Shown in pieces: positions 52,539-64,000 of a stretch of DNA of 64,000 nt. Origin of the DNA: Tubiluchus corallicola (lineage: Eukaryota > Animalia > Priapulida); assembly GCA_030141605.1 (NCBI GenBank), contig JAQGDQ010000775.1:33749-97748 (forward strand). The letters run 5' to 3'. The notes beneath the pieces are model-generated. The model saw only the letters and a list, made by a program, of their open reading frames with translations. It was not told where the DNA came from and did not search any database. Position numbers and translations under genes: made by a program. The stretch's first letter is position 1, and every line of letters begins with the position of its first letter.

Positions 52539-53520
52539 GGTACCCAAGAAGTGGTTCTACATTTGTCGGTGACATTTTCAACAACCATCCCGAAGTGTTC
52601 TATATATTTGAACCTGCCTGGTTTGAAGAAGCCCAGATTTTTGGTCCAGAAGATGGGAAAGGTCGACGTAGTGGACCCTTGACAGTGATGAGCCAGAAGT
52701 TGATAGAAAATCTTGCCTCGTGCAATTATACTGGTGAACACATGGTGAATTTTATACGCTATCAAGAGAAAAGACGTAAAACCTATCATTCTCGAGCACT
52801 AGCTAGGGAAAAAGGGTGTGATGAGGAAAACTTTGGAAACAGAATTAAGAAATGCTGGGCATCTCCACCTTCTGGCGATTTACATCTTTCTCCACTACAT
52901 TGGTAAAGGTTTGCCAAAATTACAATACCCATGTTTACAAAGTACTTCGCCTTCGTGTAGTAGACGTCTTGGCGTTACTGAATATCCCTAGATATAACGT
53001 GAAAGTTTTATACATGATTCGAGATCCAAGGGCAATTATAAAATCCAGAATGCAGTTAGGGTGGATGAAAAATCTCACTGGTGAGGCATATGGTGAGGAT
53101 AATCCATCCACACTATGCTATGACATGATGGATGACTATGAGAGTGCAGTGAGACTGAATTTACCCAGTGACGTAATGAAAATTATAAAATATGCGGATA
53201 TAGCAGACGACCCTATTAACAAAGTAAAGGAACTATTTGAATTCGTAGGACTTTATTATACAGAAAATATTGACAAATACCTTAAGAAGAATGGCCTAGC
53301 AAAGACAGGTGGAGAAGGTGGACTTGGTACAAATAGTAAGAACTCTACAAAAACAGCAAACGCTTGGAAGGACAAATTAACTGAGTCAGAAATACTCATG
53401 ATTGAAAAACAATGTGGAGAATTTTTGAATCGCGCTGGTTACAAATTTATGCAGATGAAAGACAAGTCCTACATACGACTTCTGCGAAATTTAAAAATAG
53501 CAAATGGATATATTCGGTAA
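52539..53520 (+). CDS. CHST1/3/5/6-like carbohydrate 6-O-sulfotransferase catalytic exon with one frameshift (~52870-52900); upstream exon not found
   Basis: tttcag acceptor then [27 protein letters not shown]; second frame [55 protein letters not shown]. Confidence 0.85.
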
Positions 53521-53701
53521 ATCTATTTCTCCTAAAATAAAACACATTGCATGCATTTTATGTGTGACCTTTATGTCCTGATGCAGCAATACATAACTGC
53601 ATTAATGTTACGATACAAAAGCATGTTACGTAGAATGATGTGATCATTATAATTATTTTTCTCCTATAGTAAATGATTTCACAAAATGAAAATGTACTGA
53701 G

Positions 53702-53872
53702 AACAGCAAACAACAACAACAAGAACAACAACAACAACAAACAACAACAACAACAAACAACAACAACAACAGCAACAGCGGCAGCAACGGCAACAGCAAC
53801 AACAACATCAACAGCAGTTGCAGCAGCAGCAAGAACGACAGCAACAGCGGCAGCAGCAGCATCAATAACAAC
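53702..53872. repeat. Compound (CAA)/(CAG) microsatellite
   Basis: Imperfect trinucleotide runs. Confidence 0.92.
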
Positions 53873-54314
53873 TATGATAACGGACTGCCAGGAAACCGCA
53901 TATATATTCCTGAAGTTAAATTTAATTTTCTGTGTGTATAAAATCGTCCCTAAATTCTCTAGCATTTTTTCTAATTAATGAATTTTCCTTTAACTACAGT
54001 CTTATAATAGAGGCTTGAATGTTAAACTTAGATTTGCCCTTAGAATAGGTCTGTAGGTAGTTTCAGACCATACAAGTGTGCATTGCATGAAGCCTACAAT
54101 TTAGATTAATTTATGAAGGAAAACTTTATATAAGGCCGCCCTACATGAGCAACGAGGACGACTCTCTTAGCTTTCACTGGCTAATAGAGCAAGTCTCTCT
54201 ATATAGGCCTAAGTAGTGCAAAATATAATTAAAATTGCGGTGCAACTAACTTGAATTTATGTTATTCCTTATACAATAAAACAAATTTTCGATACGGACT
54301 ATGCAATTATTACC

Positions 54315-54450
54315 AACACCGCCCTCGGTCCATTCCCGTTTTCTAGAAATAAGAAGTATTTGCAAAAAAACGGCCAAAAAGGCCATTTTTACTTTTATTT
54401 CGCTTCCCGTTCATCCTGGTGTGCCCAATTCGAAAAATAAACCCCCAAAA
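54315..54450 (-). mobile_element. Helitron family A fragment
   Basis: Similar to 18610-18740 and 33010-33115. Confidence 0.55.
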
Positions 54451-54454
54451 TAAA

Positions 54455-54590
54455 CCAGGTGGCATAGCTCAATGGTAGCATCATAAGCGTGCTCGCTTAC
54501 CACCCAGGAGATCGTGGGTTCAACTCTCGACCGAATCCATGCAAATACTTGAAAAATGGTGCCGCCGGTTCTTCGACCAGCACTGAAAAG
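54455..54590 (+). mobile_element. tRNA-derived SINE, 3'-truncated
   Basis: GGTGGCATAGCTCAATGG (A box)..GGGTTCAACTC (B box)..TTGAAAAATGGT; same family as 31605-31821. Confidence 0.78.
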
Positions 54591-54599
54591 ACTTCCACC

Positions 54600-55225
54600 T
54601 CTCTGAGAAGAGACCCTGCAATAGAGGAAAAGCAAAAGAGAGCACAAGAATGTAGTGTGTCAACCTCTAGTAGAATGGATACACACAGACTTTTGATTTG
54701 TTTAGTCATCCTATATATTCAAATAGGACAGCGCCTCTTCGTCAACTGGAAAGAGATTCCTGGACAAAGGCCAGAATATCAGGTCATAAATTGGCTATTG
54801 AAATTGGCAGGTGGAGGAGTACACCTAGGCAAAGGCTGTTTTGCGACTTCTGTACTAACGAACCAAGGCCTGTTCAAGACGAAGAAGATGTTTTGTGAAA
54901 TTGTGCGAAGTCTGACCCGATCAGACAAGTACCGCGGTTCTCTAATATTGATGCATATTAATATTCAGGCATAACGATAACCAATCTATTGTGGACTATA
55001 TTCATCGGTGCTTTAAGTATTTTGCATAATAATCACTGTTTCTTGTTGAACTGATAATGTAATGTAAAAGATGTTAATTATGTTAAATGCCATTTAGCAC
55101 TTTTACTATCGTCAACGTATCAAAGCTTTGGAGAAAATTTGGACCAACTTATTGTGTTATTCATGCGTTTACCCTGATCATAGTGTAATCATAGTTCTTG
55201 GTCAATAAATTACATACTTATTTAC
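54600..55225 (+). mobile_element. LINE 3' end (RTE-X/CR1-like C-terminal zinc finger and UTR)
   Basis: KARISGHKLAIEIGRW..RLFCDFC..VQDEEDVL*NC; AATAAA plus short tail near 55203. Confidence 0.75.
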
Positions 55226-55356
55226 TTCCGAATATTCATCATCAAAAGTTCTACCATCATCGCTGGCAACGACCCTTTCTAGCAAATCTTTACCTTGCTC
55301 AGGCGTTTTAACTTTTCTTACAAATTTACGTTTTTTTCGTAATTATTCCGATTACC

Positions 55357-56125
55357 ATTATTTTAGTTGATGACATCTTTATTCCCACTATCATTATTTT
55401 GCTTGATGACATTGTTATTGCACCGCTATCATTATTTCAGTTGCTGACATTGTTATTGCACCGCTATCATTATTTTGCTTGATGACATTGTTATTCCCAC
55501 TATCAATATTTCAGTTGCTGATATTGTTATTCCCGCTATCATTATTTCAGTTGCTGACATTGTTATTGCACCGCTATCATTATTTTAGTTAACGGCATTT
55601 TATTCCCACTATCATTATTTTGCTTGATGACATTGTTATTCCCACCATCATTATTTCAGTTGCTGACATTGTTATTGCACCGCTATCATTATTTTAGTTA
55701 ACGGCATTTTATTCCCACTATCATTATTTTAGTTTATGACATCTTTATTCCCACTATCATTATTTTGCTTGATGACATTTCATTTTCACTATCATTATTT
55801 TAGTTGCTGACATTGTTATTCCCACTATCATTATTTCAGTTGCTGACATTGTTATTGCACCGCTATCATTATTTCAGTTGCTGACATTGTTATTCCCACT
55901 ATCATTATTTCAGTTGCTGACATTGTTATTCCCACTATCATTATTTTAGTTAACGGCATTTTATTCCCAGTATCATTATTTTAGTTGCTGACATTGTTAT
56001 TCACACTATCATTATCTTTGTTGCTGACATCTTTATGCCCACTATGATTATTTCAGTTGCTGACATTGTTATTTCCACTATAATTATTTTAGTTGATGAC
56101 ATTTTAGTCCCACAGTCGTTATTTT
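55357..56125. repeat. Minisatellite, 36/38-bp units, about 20 copies
   Basis: Consensus CACTATCATTATTT(C/T)AGTTGCTGACATTGTTATTCC with recurring variants. Confidence 0.95.
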
Positions 56126-56137
56126 ATTTCTTGGCAA

Positions 56138-56645
56138 TACGCGAACATCGTACATAGTCCTCAAGGTAAAGCCAGTAGCAGCTTTTACTGAATTAAAGTT
56201 ATAGGCAGAGTATAATGGATCACGTCAGAACAATGGCATTGCGTCAGCAGTTTCCCAAGCGAAAATTGTCGAAAATAGAACATCTAATTAACTCGTCGAT
56301 ACTCCTTTTGGTGGACGTGTCCTAAAATATTGTCCACATCATCGTTTAGCCCTTTTCTTCCTCTTTCTAAAAAGCCATATATCTCCTTCCGAGAGTCCCA
56401 CCAGGCGCCCCTAGAGCGTTGTTTTTGCAGGCTGTTTGACCAAAACTTTTCTGAGAAATCGCGAGTTGGGTCCGGGAAAACGCCCGTTACGGGACGCCGT
56501 GGCCTTCTCGCAAATTCTAAATACACCTATGACACCCAGCGCTGAACGGGCTATCTATCCATAGGCGGCACCCATGGCCCGTTCCCGTTCTTCAGATGTC
56601 AGACGTATAACTTTTGCAAAAAACGGCCGAAAAATGGCCATTTTT
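56138..56645 (-). mobile_element. Helitron family A internal copy lacking the MITE insertion
   Basis: Colinear with 32030-32055 joined to 32610-33050. Confidence 0.78.
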
Positions 56646-56646
56646 G

Positions 56647-56650
<4 letters not shown>

Positions 56651-56690
<40 letters not shown>
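56651..56690. repeat. (GA)n microsatellite
   Basis: Perfect run. Confidence 0.97.
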
Positions 56691-56694
<4 letters not shown>

Positions 56695-57308
56695 TATTAT
56701 AACTCTTTTATTAACCTCTTTTTGCAGGTATACAATGAATCATTTGAATCTAATACATCCAAGGAAATACAATTATACATTATGACAAAGGTAACAAAGT
56801 ACAATTAGATCCAAAAACCAGTCACACAAAAAGACATTATGAATAATTCTAGACAATGGTAAAAACAAGTTGACACACAATACTCAGATGTTGTTTGTAC
56901 ATATAATACAAGAAAAATGATTACACAATATATAACATTCACGTACAAACTAAATAAATAATCACAATTAGAATTAGTAACAACTATGGTTCAGAAAGTT
57001 AAACTATAACAAAATATATAAATTTATTTATCTTACTGTTTTTTCACACTATATATTCTCAGCTAACACGAAGTAATAAAAACTACATTGGATTTTTGTA
57101 AATAATGTCTTTCAATAACTTGTATAAATTTATCACAAACTAATGCGTTTCTTTTCAAGTAAATCTCTCTTAATTCCCGGTTGGGCAAAACATCGATAAG
57201 ATTTTTTCTGGCTTCTTGTTCAACTAAACTACAATTAAAGAGTAGATGGTCAGGAGTTTGTGCTTCCCCCCTTTGACATGTGCATTTATTTGTGGCTGCT
57301 TCCCCAAT
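56691..57308 (-). mobile_element. 3' end of host LINE (CCHC finger, UTR, tail), displaced by the RTE insertion
   Basis: IGEAATNKCTCQRGEAQTPDHLLFNC continues ..FLHSIGEA from 61313; AATAAA and (aat) tail near 56700. Confidence 0.85.
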
Positions 57309-60300
57309 TGTTGTTGGTTGGCATCCTTCTGTCTCGAAAGACAATGGATTGTGCGCCAAGAGAGTCAGTTATTAATCAAATTGATGGAGCTGCAGCGTCG
57401 ACTGTGACTGAGCAGTCCGATCCTTGAGCGGCAGTTCCGGCTGCAGGTTACACATTGGAAGGCTGTTTCATCCGGATGAGGTAGGGCATCTTTCTGATGC
57501 CTGCGAGTCCTTTTATCCTCTTGTTTTTTCTCCCTCGTTTTCTCCGCTCTGTTAATGGCTGTCCTAACAGCAGATTTCCAGTTGCTTCGATCTGCCGCAA
57601 GCGCCTCGTAATTTGCTGGTGTAATGCCGCCTGCCTTGAGGTCCCGTTTACATACATCTTTGTAGCGGAGCAGTGGCCTCCCGGTGGGTCGGGAGCCAGT
57701 AGCAAGCTCACCAGTAGCCAGCGCAGACGTCTGTTGGTGAGTATGGCATACATGCTGGGGATTCCAGCTCTTGCTAGCACACCCTTGTTGGCTATGTGCT
57801 CCTGCCATGAGATGCCCAGGATTCTTCTGAGGCAGCGTTGGTGGAAAGCATTGAGCCTGCGTTCTTGATGGCTATACAGAGTCCAACTCTCGCTCCCGTA
57901 CAACAGTGTGCTCAGTACACAGGCTTGGTACACCTTGGACTTTGTCCTGATAGTCAGCATGTTGTTTTCCCACACCCTCTTTATTAAGCGAGCCATCATT
58001 GATGAGGCCTTGCCGATTCTGGAGTTCAGTTCTGTGGCCAAGCTAAGATTGCTGGAAATAACAGAACCAAGATAGGTGAAATCTTCCACCACGTCAAGGC
58101 AGCAGTCATCGATGGAGATGTGAGGGGCTGGGGAAACATTTTGGCCTAAAGCCTTGGTCTTTTGGATGCTGATTGTGCGGCCAAACTCACTGCAGGCATG
58201 GGCAAAGTTGTCAATGAGGCCTTGGAGGCCGGCTTCAGTGTGAGCTGTCAGTGCGGCATCATCTGCAAACAGCATTTCGCGAATGATAACTTTGCGAAAC
58301 CGTGACTTTGCTCGGAGACGAGAGAGGTTGAACAGGCTGCCGTTGCTTCGTGTGTGTTAATAGACTCCCTCTTCAGTTTCTTTAAATGCATAGCGCAGCA
58401 GCAGAGAGAACAAGATACCAAAGAGGGTTGGGGCGAGGACACATCCTTGTTTAACTCCGCTTTTGATTGGGAATGGGTGTGAGGAAGAGCCGTCGGACTG
58501 AACAGTACCTTTCATTTCCTCGTGGAAGGAAGTAATCAGTCTCAGCAGCTTTGGGGGGCATCCAATTCTCTGCAGGAGTGTAAACAGGCCCGATCTGCTA
58601 ACCAAATCAAATGCTTTGGTCAGGTCAATGAATGCTATAAACAGGGGCCGTCGTTGTTCACGGCATTTTTCCTGGAGCTGTCTTAGAGAGAATATCATGT
58701 CGATGGTGGATCTCTCTGCCCTGAAACCGCATTGTGCTTCTGGGTAAACCCGTTCGGCGAGACGGTGGAGTCTGTTTAGTAGCATGCGGGCAAAGGTCTT
58801 TCCCACGGTGGAGAGGAGGGATATTCCGCGATAGTTGTTGCAATCGCTCCAATCGCCTTTATTTTTGTAAAGGTTAATGATGTTGGCATCACGCATGTCC
58901 TGAGGCACAGTACCTTCATCCCAGCATTGTAAAAGGAGGTCGTGCAAATGCTCGAGGAGACAGGTTTGTTTACCTGCTTTAATGGCCTCTGGGAGTATAC
59001 CATCACTTCCAGGAGCTTTGCCGCTCGCCAGAGAGTCGATAGCTTTGATGAGCTCCTCACTGGTAGGTGGATCGTCGAGCTCCTCCATGACTGGCAAGGG
59101 GGTCGTGTATTCCACAGCTCTTTCTGTGACAGTGGTTTGTCTTGAGAACAGCATTTGGTAGTGTTCTGCCCATCTCTCCATTTGTTTGGCACGGTCAGTG
59201 ATGATTTCTCCAGTGGTGGACTTCACAGGGGCAATCTTGGTGATACTGGGGCCAAAGGCCTTCTTCATTCCCTCATACATGCCGCGAATATTACCATGGT
59301 CGGCTGACGTTTGGATACTCAGGCATATAGACTGCCAGTAATTGTTTGCGCACTGCCGGGTAATCCGCTGTACGTCGCTTCTGGCCTTCCTGAGAACTGC
59401 GAGTGTGCTTTCACTAGGATTTGCTTTGTAACTGAGCAGAGCAGTCCTTTTGTGGGAAATAGCTGGCTCAATGTCCATGATTCCAGCTTCAAACCAGTCT
59501 GGGTTCACTCTCTCTCTTTTTCTGAAGGTGTTGAGAGCAGACTTGTAAGTTACATCGCGTATGTGACTCCATCTTTCATCTGCATTACCGGTTGGGTGGT
59601 CCTTGAGGGCTTCTTTCATGGTATCAGTATAGCGTTTTACTAGCTCAGGAGCTGCGAACTTGGCAGTGTTAATGCGAGGTCGTCCTTTTGGCTTTGAATG
59701 ATGGATAAGTTTTGGTTGTAGACGTACCTTGCTGGCGACCATTGAGTGGTCCGTGTCACAATCTGCGCTATGGTAGCTGCGTGTGTTGTTGACACAGTTT
59801 AGCGAGGATCTTCGAGTAATGACGAGATCCAATTGGTGCCAGTGGCGAGATCTGGGGTGACGCCAGGACACTCTGTGGATAGGCTTTGTGGGGAAGAATG
59901 TATTAGTGATGCATAAATCATGATATGAGCACAATTCCAGTAATCTTTGCCCGTTTTCGTTCAGTTTGCCAACACCAAAATGACCAATACAGCGGGGCCA
60001 GTGGGACTGGTTGGAGCCGGTCCGAGCGTTGAAGTCTCCAAGCAGGAACAAGTACTCAGATGCGGGAATATTTTTGATGTCGGTCTCAAGCTCGGCGTAG
60101 AATTCATCTTTATTCTCTGCAGTCGCTAGGAGCATTGGAGCATAAACGCTTAGGATGTTTACGGGCCCTGTGGTGGTTGTGAGGTGAAGAGAAAGGGTAC
60201 GAGCAGTGCCCTCTGAAGGTGGTTCGATAGCAGAGAGTTCCTCACTGCAAAACCCACGCCATGCATGCGGTGCTCCTCTGGTGCCCTTCCTTGCCAGAAG

Positions 60301-61312
60301 AATGTATAGTCCTCTTCCTTTAAGCTGCCATTGGATGGAAGTCTGGTTTCCTGCAGCGCGGCAATATCGATGTTGAGCCGCTTGAGTTCATTGTTGTTGA
60401 TGGCTGTTTTCCTTGCATCGCCAATCTGACTTGGATCATTGGCGTTCCCAGGACATAAGGTCCTAACATTCCAGGTTGCCAGTCTAAGCGCTGGCGGCTT
60501 TAATTTCTTTCTTTTCTTTTTGCTTGGTGCAGGCTTTGCGGTATGCTATTCGGAGTTTATCCTAAGCTCCAAGCACCCATTGGAGCAGGCAACCGTGACG
60601 GGTCAGCACCTAATTGGCTGGGGCTGCCCAGCTTGGGCGGGCGGTAGCCGACCATTGGGATGCGATGATCCCTCCCACCGTCGGAGGCAACCCGTAGCGC
60701 CCGAGCTCACGCCAATTCGCTCTAGGCTTATAACTCGTAACTGCTGCCTCCCGTGTTGTTTCTGTCACTGAAGCAGTGACACTGAAGTGGCCTCTCCTGG
60801 GCGCACGCCTGGGCAAGGTATATGGAGATCCTGAGTTGCCCAGACATCAGGAACCCCCTCTCTTCCTCCCTGGTGTAGTCCAAAGGAAAGCAGTGCGATA
60901 CGTTTGGCACCAGGTTGGCTGCAGGAGCTGCCGGAGTCAGTGAGCATGCTGCACTGGTCCGCCTTCGGGGCTCCACTCCTGATTTGGAAGGTTTACTCCT
61001 CTACACATGGCCGTTGGGTCACTTGACCTCCTCCGCCCTCTAGCCGTTGGCTGCTGGTGCAGCTCCTCCGCCTAGTGTCGAGATACAGTGTGGGCATCCC
61101 GCAAGCTTTTTTATCAGTTATAGCGCCAATAGCTCGCTTTCACACCTAGCTCATTTAGTAAAACCAGTGTCGCCACGAGGAGGCAGAGCGTAGGAGTTTG
61201 TCTGGCAGAGGTGGTAGAGTTGTACAAGCCTCTTGGAGCCACTTTGTAGGTCACTGGGAGCTCATCCCCGAGTGGCCAGCTCCGGCAATACCAAGACCTT
61301 TAGACACCAAAA
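57309..61312 (-). mobile_element. Full-length RTE-clade LINE (4004 bp), single EN-RT ORF with a few frameshifts
   Basis: LATWNVRTL, IAALQETRL, GDFNAR, NYRGISLL, QCGFR, FIDLTKAFD, GVKQGCVLAP, LFADD, LLYGSESW, C..C.R.CRSRIGLLSH; (CAA) tail; 11-bp TSD GCTTCCCCAAT (57298-57308, 61313-61323). Confidence 0.95.
61120..61308 (-). ncRNA. Candidate HDV-like self-cleaving ribozyme at the RTE 5' end
   Basis: P1 GGUGUC (61308-61303)/GACACU (61171-61166); P3/L3 GCC-UCC-UCGU-GGC (61184-61172); P1.1 GG; P4 UUUUAC/GUGAAA; P2 only partly pairable. Confidence 0.6.
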
Positions 61313-64000
61313 GCTTCCCCAATACTGTGTAAAAAAGACCGTGTTCCTCTTTTCAATAACAAGTTTAGTGCTTTGGTTTCAACGCACCTCTGCTTACTGT
61401 TTAATGGTAAACTTAGTGGCTTTAGTTCTGGGGTTGTGATATTAGTGGCTATGCCATCTAGTTGGTTCCTATGTTGTATTCTACGCCTCCATTGCGAGCT
61501 TTGAAATTTGTTAGACTCTTGTCTGGTGTAGCATAAACTAATATACTCCAGGTTACCGAGATTTTTGGTTCTCATATTAAGCCCTTTGCATATTTTTAAA
61601 AAAAGTTTTCGCCGTTGCCAAATGGGTTTTTACAGGGTGATTATCTGTTCGACGATTTAAAGGCAATGCTTCACAAATAAGTATTTCTTGCTTAAGTAAA
61701 TCCTCATCCGTACAGCTCAAAGTTTTTAATATGAGTTTACTGACTATGCACGAAAAAACTATATCTACTGGAGGCATTCCACAAATACATTCAATATCAG
61801 GTTTCCTGGGATTGTAACCCCACCCCCGCCGCAGCTTTCATTACGTCATACCATAAATCATCAAAATCAGCGAGTTTTCTGTTCATCCAGCTCGGCGCAC
61901 CATAAAATATACTTGGCATCACAACAGATTGGAATAATCTAATAATGGTTGTCATTCTTAAATCTTTATTTTTATAAATTACGTTCTTGAATTTAGCCCA
62001 CTTCTTCCAAACACTTTGCCTGGTTCTAGAGGTATGGCTATTAAAATTCATATGTTTATCGACAGTAACTCCAAACACTTTCGTGTTGTTAACATAATTA
62101 ATCTCTTTGTTACCAAAACGTAATTTTGGCAATCGAGGATTTTGATCATTTTCAAAAACAATAGCTTCTGTTTTGTTTAAATTACAGTTCAACATTTGCC
62201 TCCATTTAGAACACCAGGCATGAAGTTTATCACATGACAACTGAGCCAATTCGTAGCATTCATTATTTGTGTTTGCGTACACATAAATTGTGCCGTCATC
62301 AGCTTTTTTAAACTTCACAATATTTCTGTTTTGGTCAATTCCTCTAAACATATCTGACACATACAGGATAAACAATAGCGGTGACAGGACAGATCCCTGC
62401 AGTACACCTATGTGACACAACATTTCTTCTGACAAATAATTTTCTATTCGTATTTTAATACGCCTGTTTTTCAGAAACGAACAAATCAATTTCAAAAGCC
62501 TGCCTGCTACTCCTGCTTGGGCTAACTTAAATATTAAACCATTTAGCCAAATGCTATCGAAGGCCTTTGTGAAGTCACAGAAGACTGCAATTCCAGGACA
62601 GTTTTGAAGCCTGTTTCTTTCAATAGCGGAAACTAGTCTAAGCAGATAACGATTTGTGCTACGCAAGGGTTGAAATCCTTCCTGCTCTTGATCTATAATG
62701 TTATTGTCATTTAACCAGGTTCTCAATCTGATCTCTATGAGTTTTTCTACTATTTTGCCATAATAGGACGCAATCGTAATTGGCCTATAGTTTGATGGGT
62801 CACTGTAATCGTTTTTTCCATCTTTACAGAAGAATATTACTTTTGCACTGTTCCATGGCCATTTACCTGTTTTTAAACACACATTAGCTAGATTTAATAA
62901 TAAACTCTTCCCCCAGAAACCCATGTGTTTCAACATGAGTGGGTGACATCCATCACAGTCAATGCTTTTATTTGAAACCTCCATGTTTTTTATCGCAACG
63001 GTGAGTTCAACCATTGTAAAATTTTCGTTAAACCAATGATTAGTTTCTTGATTTAAATTAATTCCTTCAGCTACTTCATTTTCTACATGTTCAAACCAAG
63101 CATGATCAAAAGCATTATTGTCTAAATGACTACCATTGAAAAATGTTTCATACAATATCCTACTTTTATCGTTTTAATTTGTATAATAAACATCATTTAC
63201 CTTTAAAATATCTACACCATTTTCACTGCTTTCTCCAAACACTTTCCGATAAGTTTTCCAAAAGTCATTTCCTCTATGTACATTTAAATCTGCAGTATTT
63301 TGAATAACCCAGTTATTTAGCTCCTCTGACAGTTTGTTTTGAAATTGTTCTTTTTTACTCTAGTAGGCATTTAGGTTTACGTAATTAGAATGCTGTTTGT
63401 AGGCTCTTTTCAGTTCTCGTAATTCGCTGGAAAGCACTGACAGCTGCGGTGTCCAGAAGGGTTTACTGTGTGCCGAAATCGTTTTCGTTCACAGGGCTTC
63501 ATTGTTGGCTTCCTGAATAGCATTTAAAAATAACGCCCACACGTTATTGGCATTTCCGTTTTGTAGCTACGTTGTGACTGTCGGATAAAGTGCTCTCATT
63601 TTCTCCTCCAAAACAGGCAACCAGTCCGTCCAGTTGCTTCGCTTGAAGTCATATCTCGTACGTCGGTTGTTTAGCCTGCTCCGATTTACCCTAAACTCTG
63701 TTATAACGGGATAGTGCCCCATTGTGGGGGCCCCGGTAAAAAATTCCGCATCTTTGTCCACTGTTTGAGATAGAACCTTTGCTGCTGTAAAGTTATTTGC
63801 TATAATAACATCTATAATGCTTTTGCCAGTTATAGAACTGAACGTCTCAGTGTTGGGAGCAAGTATTGTTAAGTCCAAGTTTATATCAGCTTTGTAAATC
63901 TTCTATTAATCGCCCATGTTCATTTGAATTTACATCCCATTGATAACTGCGAGCATTAAGATCACCAATGGACATTAAGTTACGTATTCCATGAGTATTA
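61313..64000 (-). mobile_element. Host LINE ORF2 (endonuclease and RT; I/Nimb-like), runs off the window
   Basis: GDLNA, SIIDV, NYRPITI, QEGFQ, DFTKAFDSIW, GVLQGSVLSPLLF, ADD, GVTVD in ORF 61797-63155 and flanking fragments. Confidence 0.9.

Noticed and set aside
53558-53978. Poly-Q/N/T/A or poly-L/V ORFs resembling membrane proteins
   Set aside because: Artefacts of a CAA/CAG microsatellite downstream of the sulfotransferase stop.
55357-56125. CRISPR-like 36-38 bp periodicity
   Set aside because: Units are contiguous with no unique spacers and no cas genes; the context is eukaryotic.
57497-60771. Plus-strand ORFs overlapping the RTE
   Set aside because: Antisense shadows of a GC-richer coding element, with no recognisable motifs.

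Overview
AT-rich, repeat-dense eukaryotic DNA, most consistent with a non-insect invertebrate: spliceosomal introns, microsatellites and interstitial (TTAGGG)n are present. Host genes are three Golgi-type sulfotransferases from three different families. (1) A six-exon WSCD-like gene on the - strand (947-19195), reconstructed by hand as an intact 400-aa ORF. (2) A broken CHST11-like copy (28865-29690). (3) A CHST1/5/6-like exon with one frameshift (52539-53520). The most notable element is a 4.0-kb miniature Polinton/Maverick (adintovirus-like) insertion at 5121-9129, inside an intron of the WSCD-like gene. It has 63-bp TIRs, AG..CT ends and a 6-bp TSD supported by empty-site paralogs in this window. 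It keeps only a packaging ATPase, a core-like protein, a conserved hypothetical gene, an adenain protease and a spliced PC4-like gene; no pPolB, integrase or capsid is recognisable. A full-length RTE LINE (57309-61312, 11-bp TSD) is nested in another LINE and carries a candidate HDV-like ribozyme at its 5' end. The rest is decayed LINEs, piggyBac and BEL/Pao relics, a solo LTR, hAT MITEs, a non-autonomous Helitron family, tRNA-derived SINEs and tandem repeats. All family assignments come from motif recognition by eye; no database searches were run, and boundaries of decayed relics are approximate.
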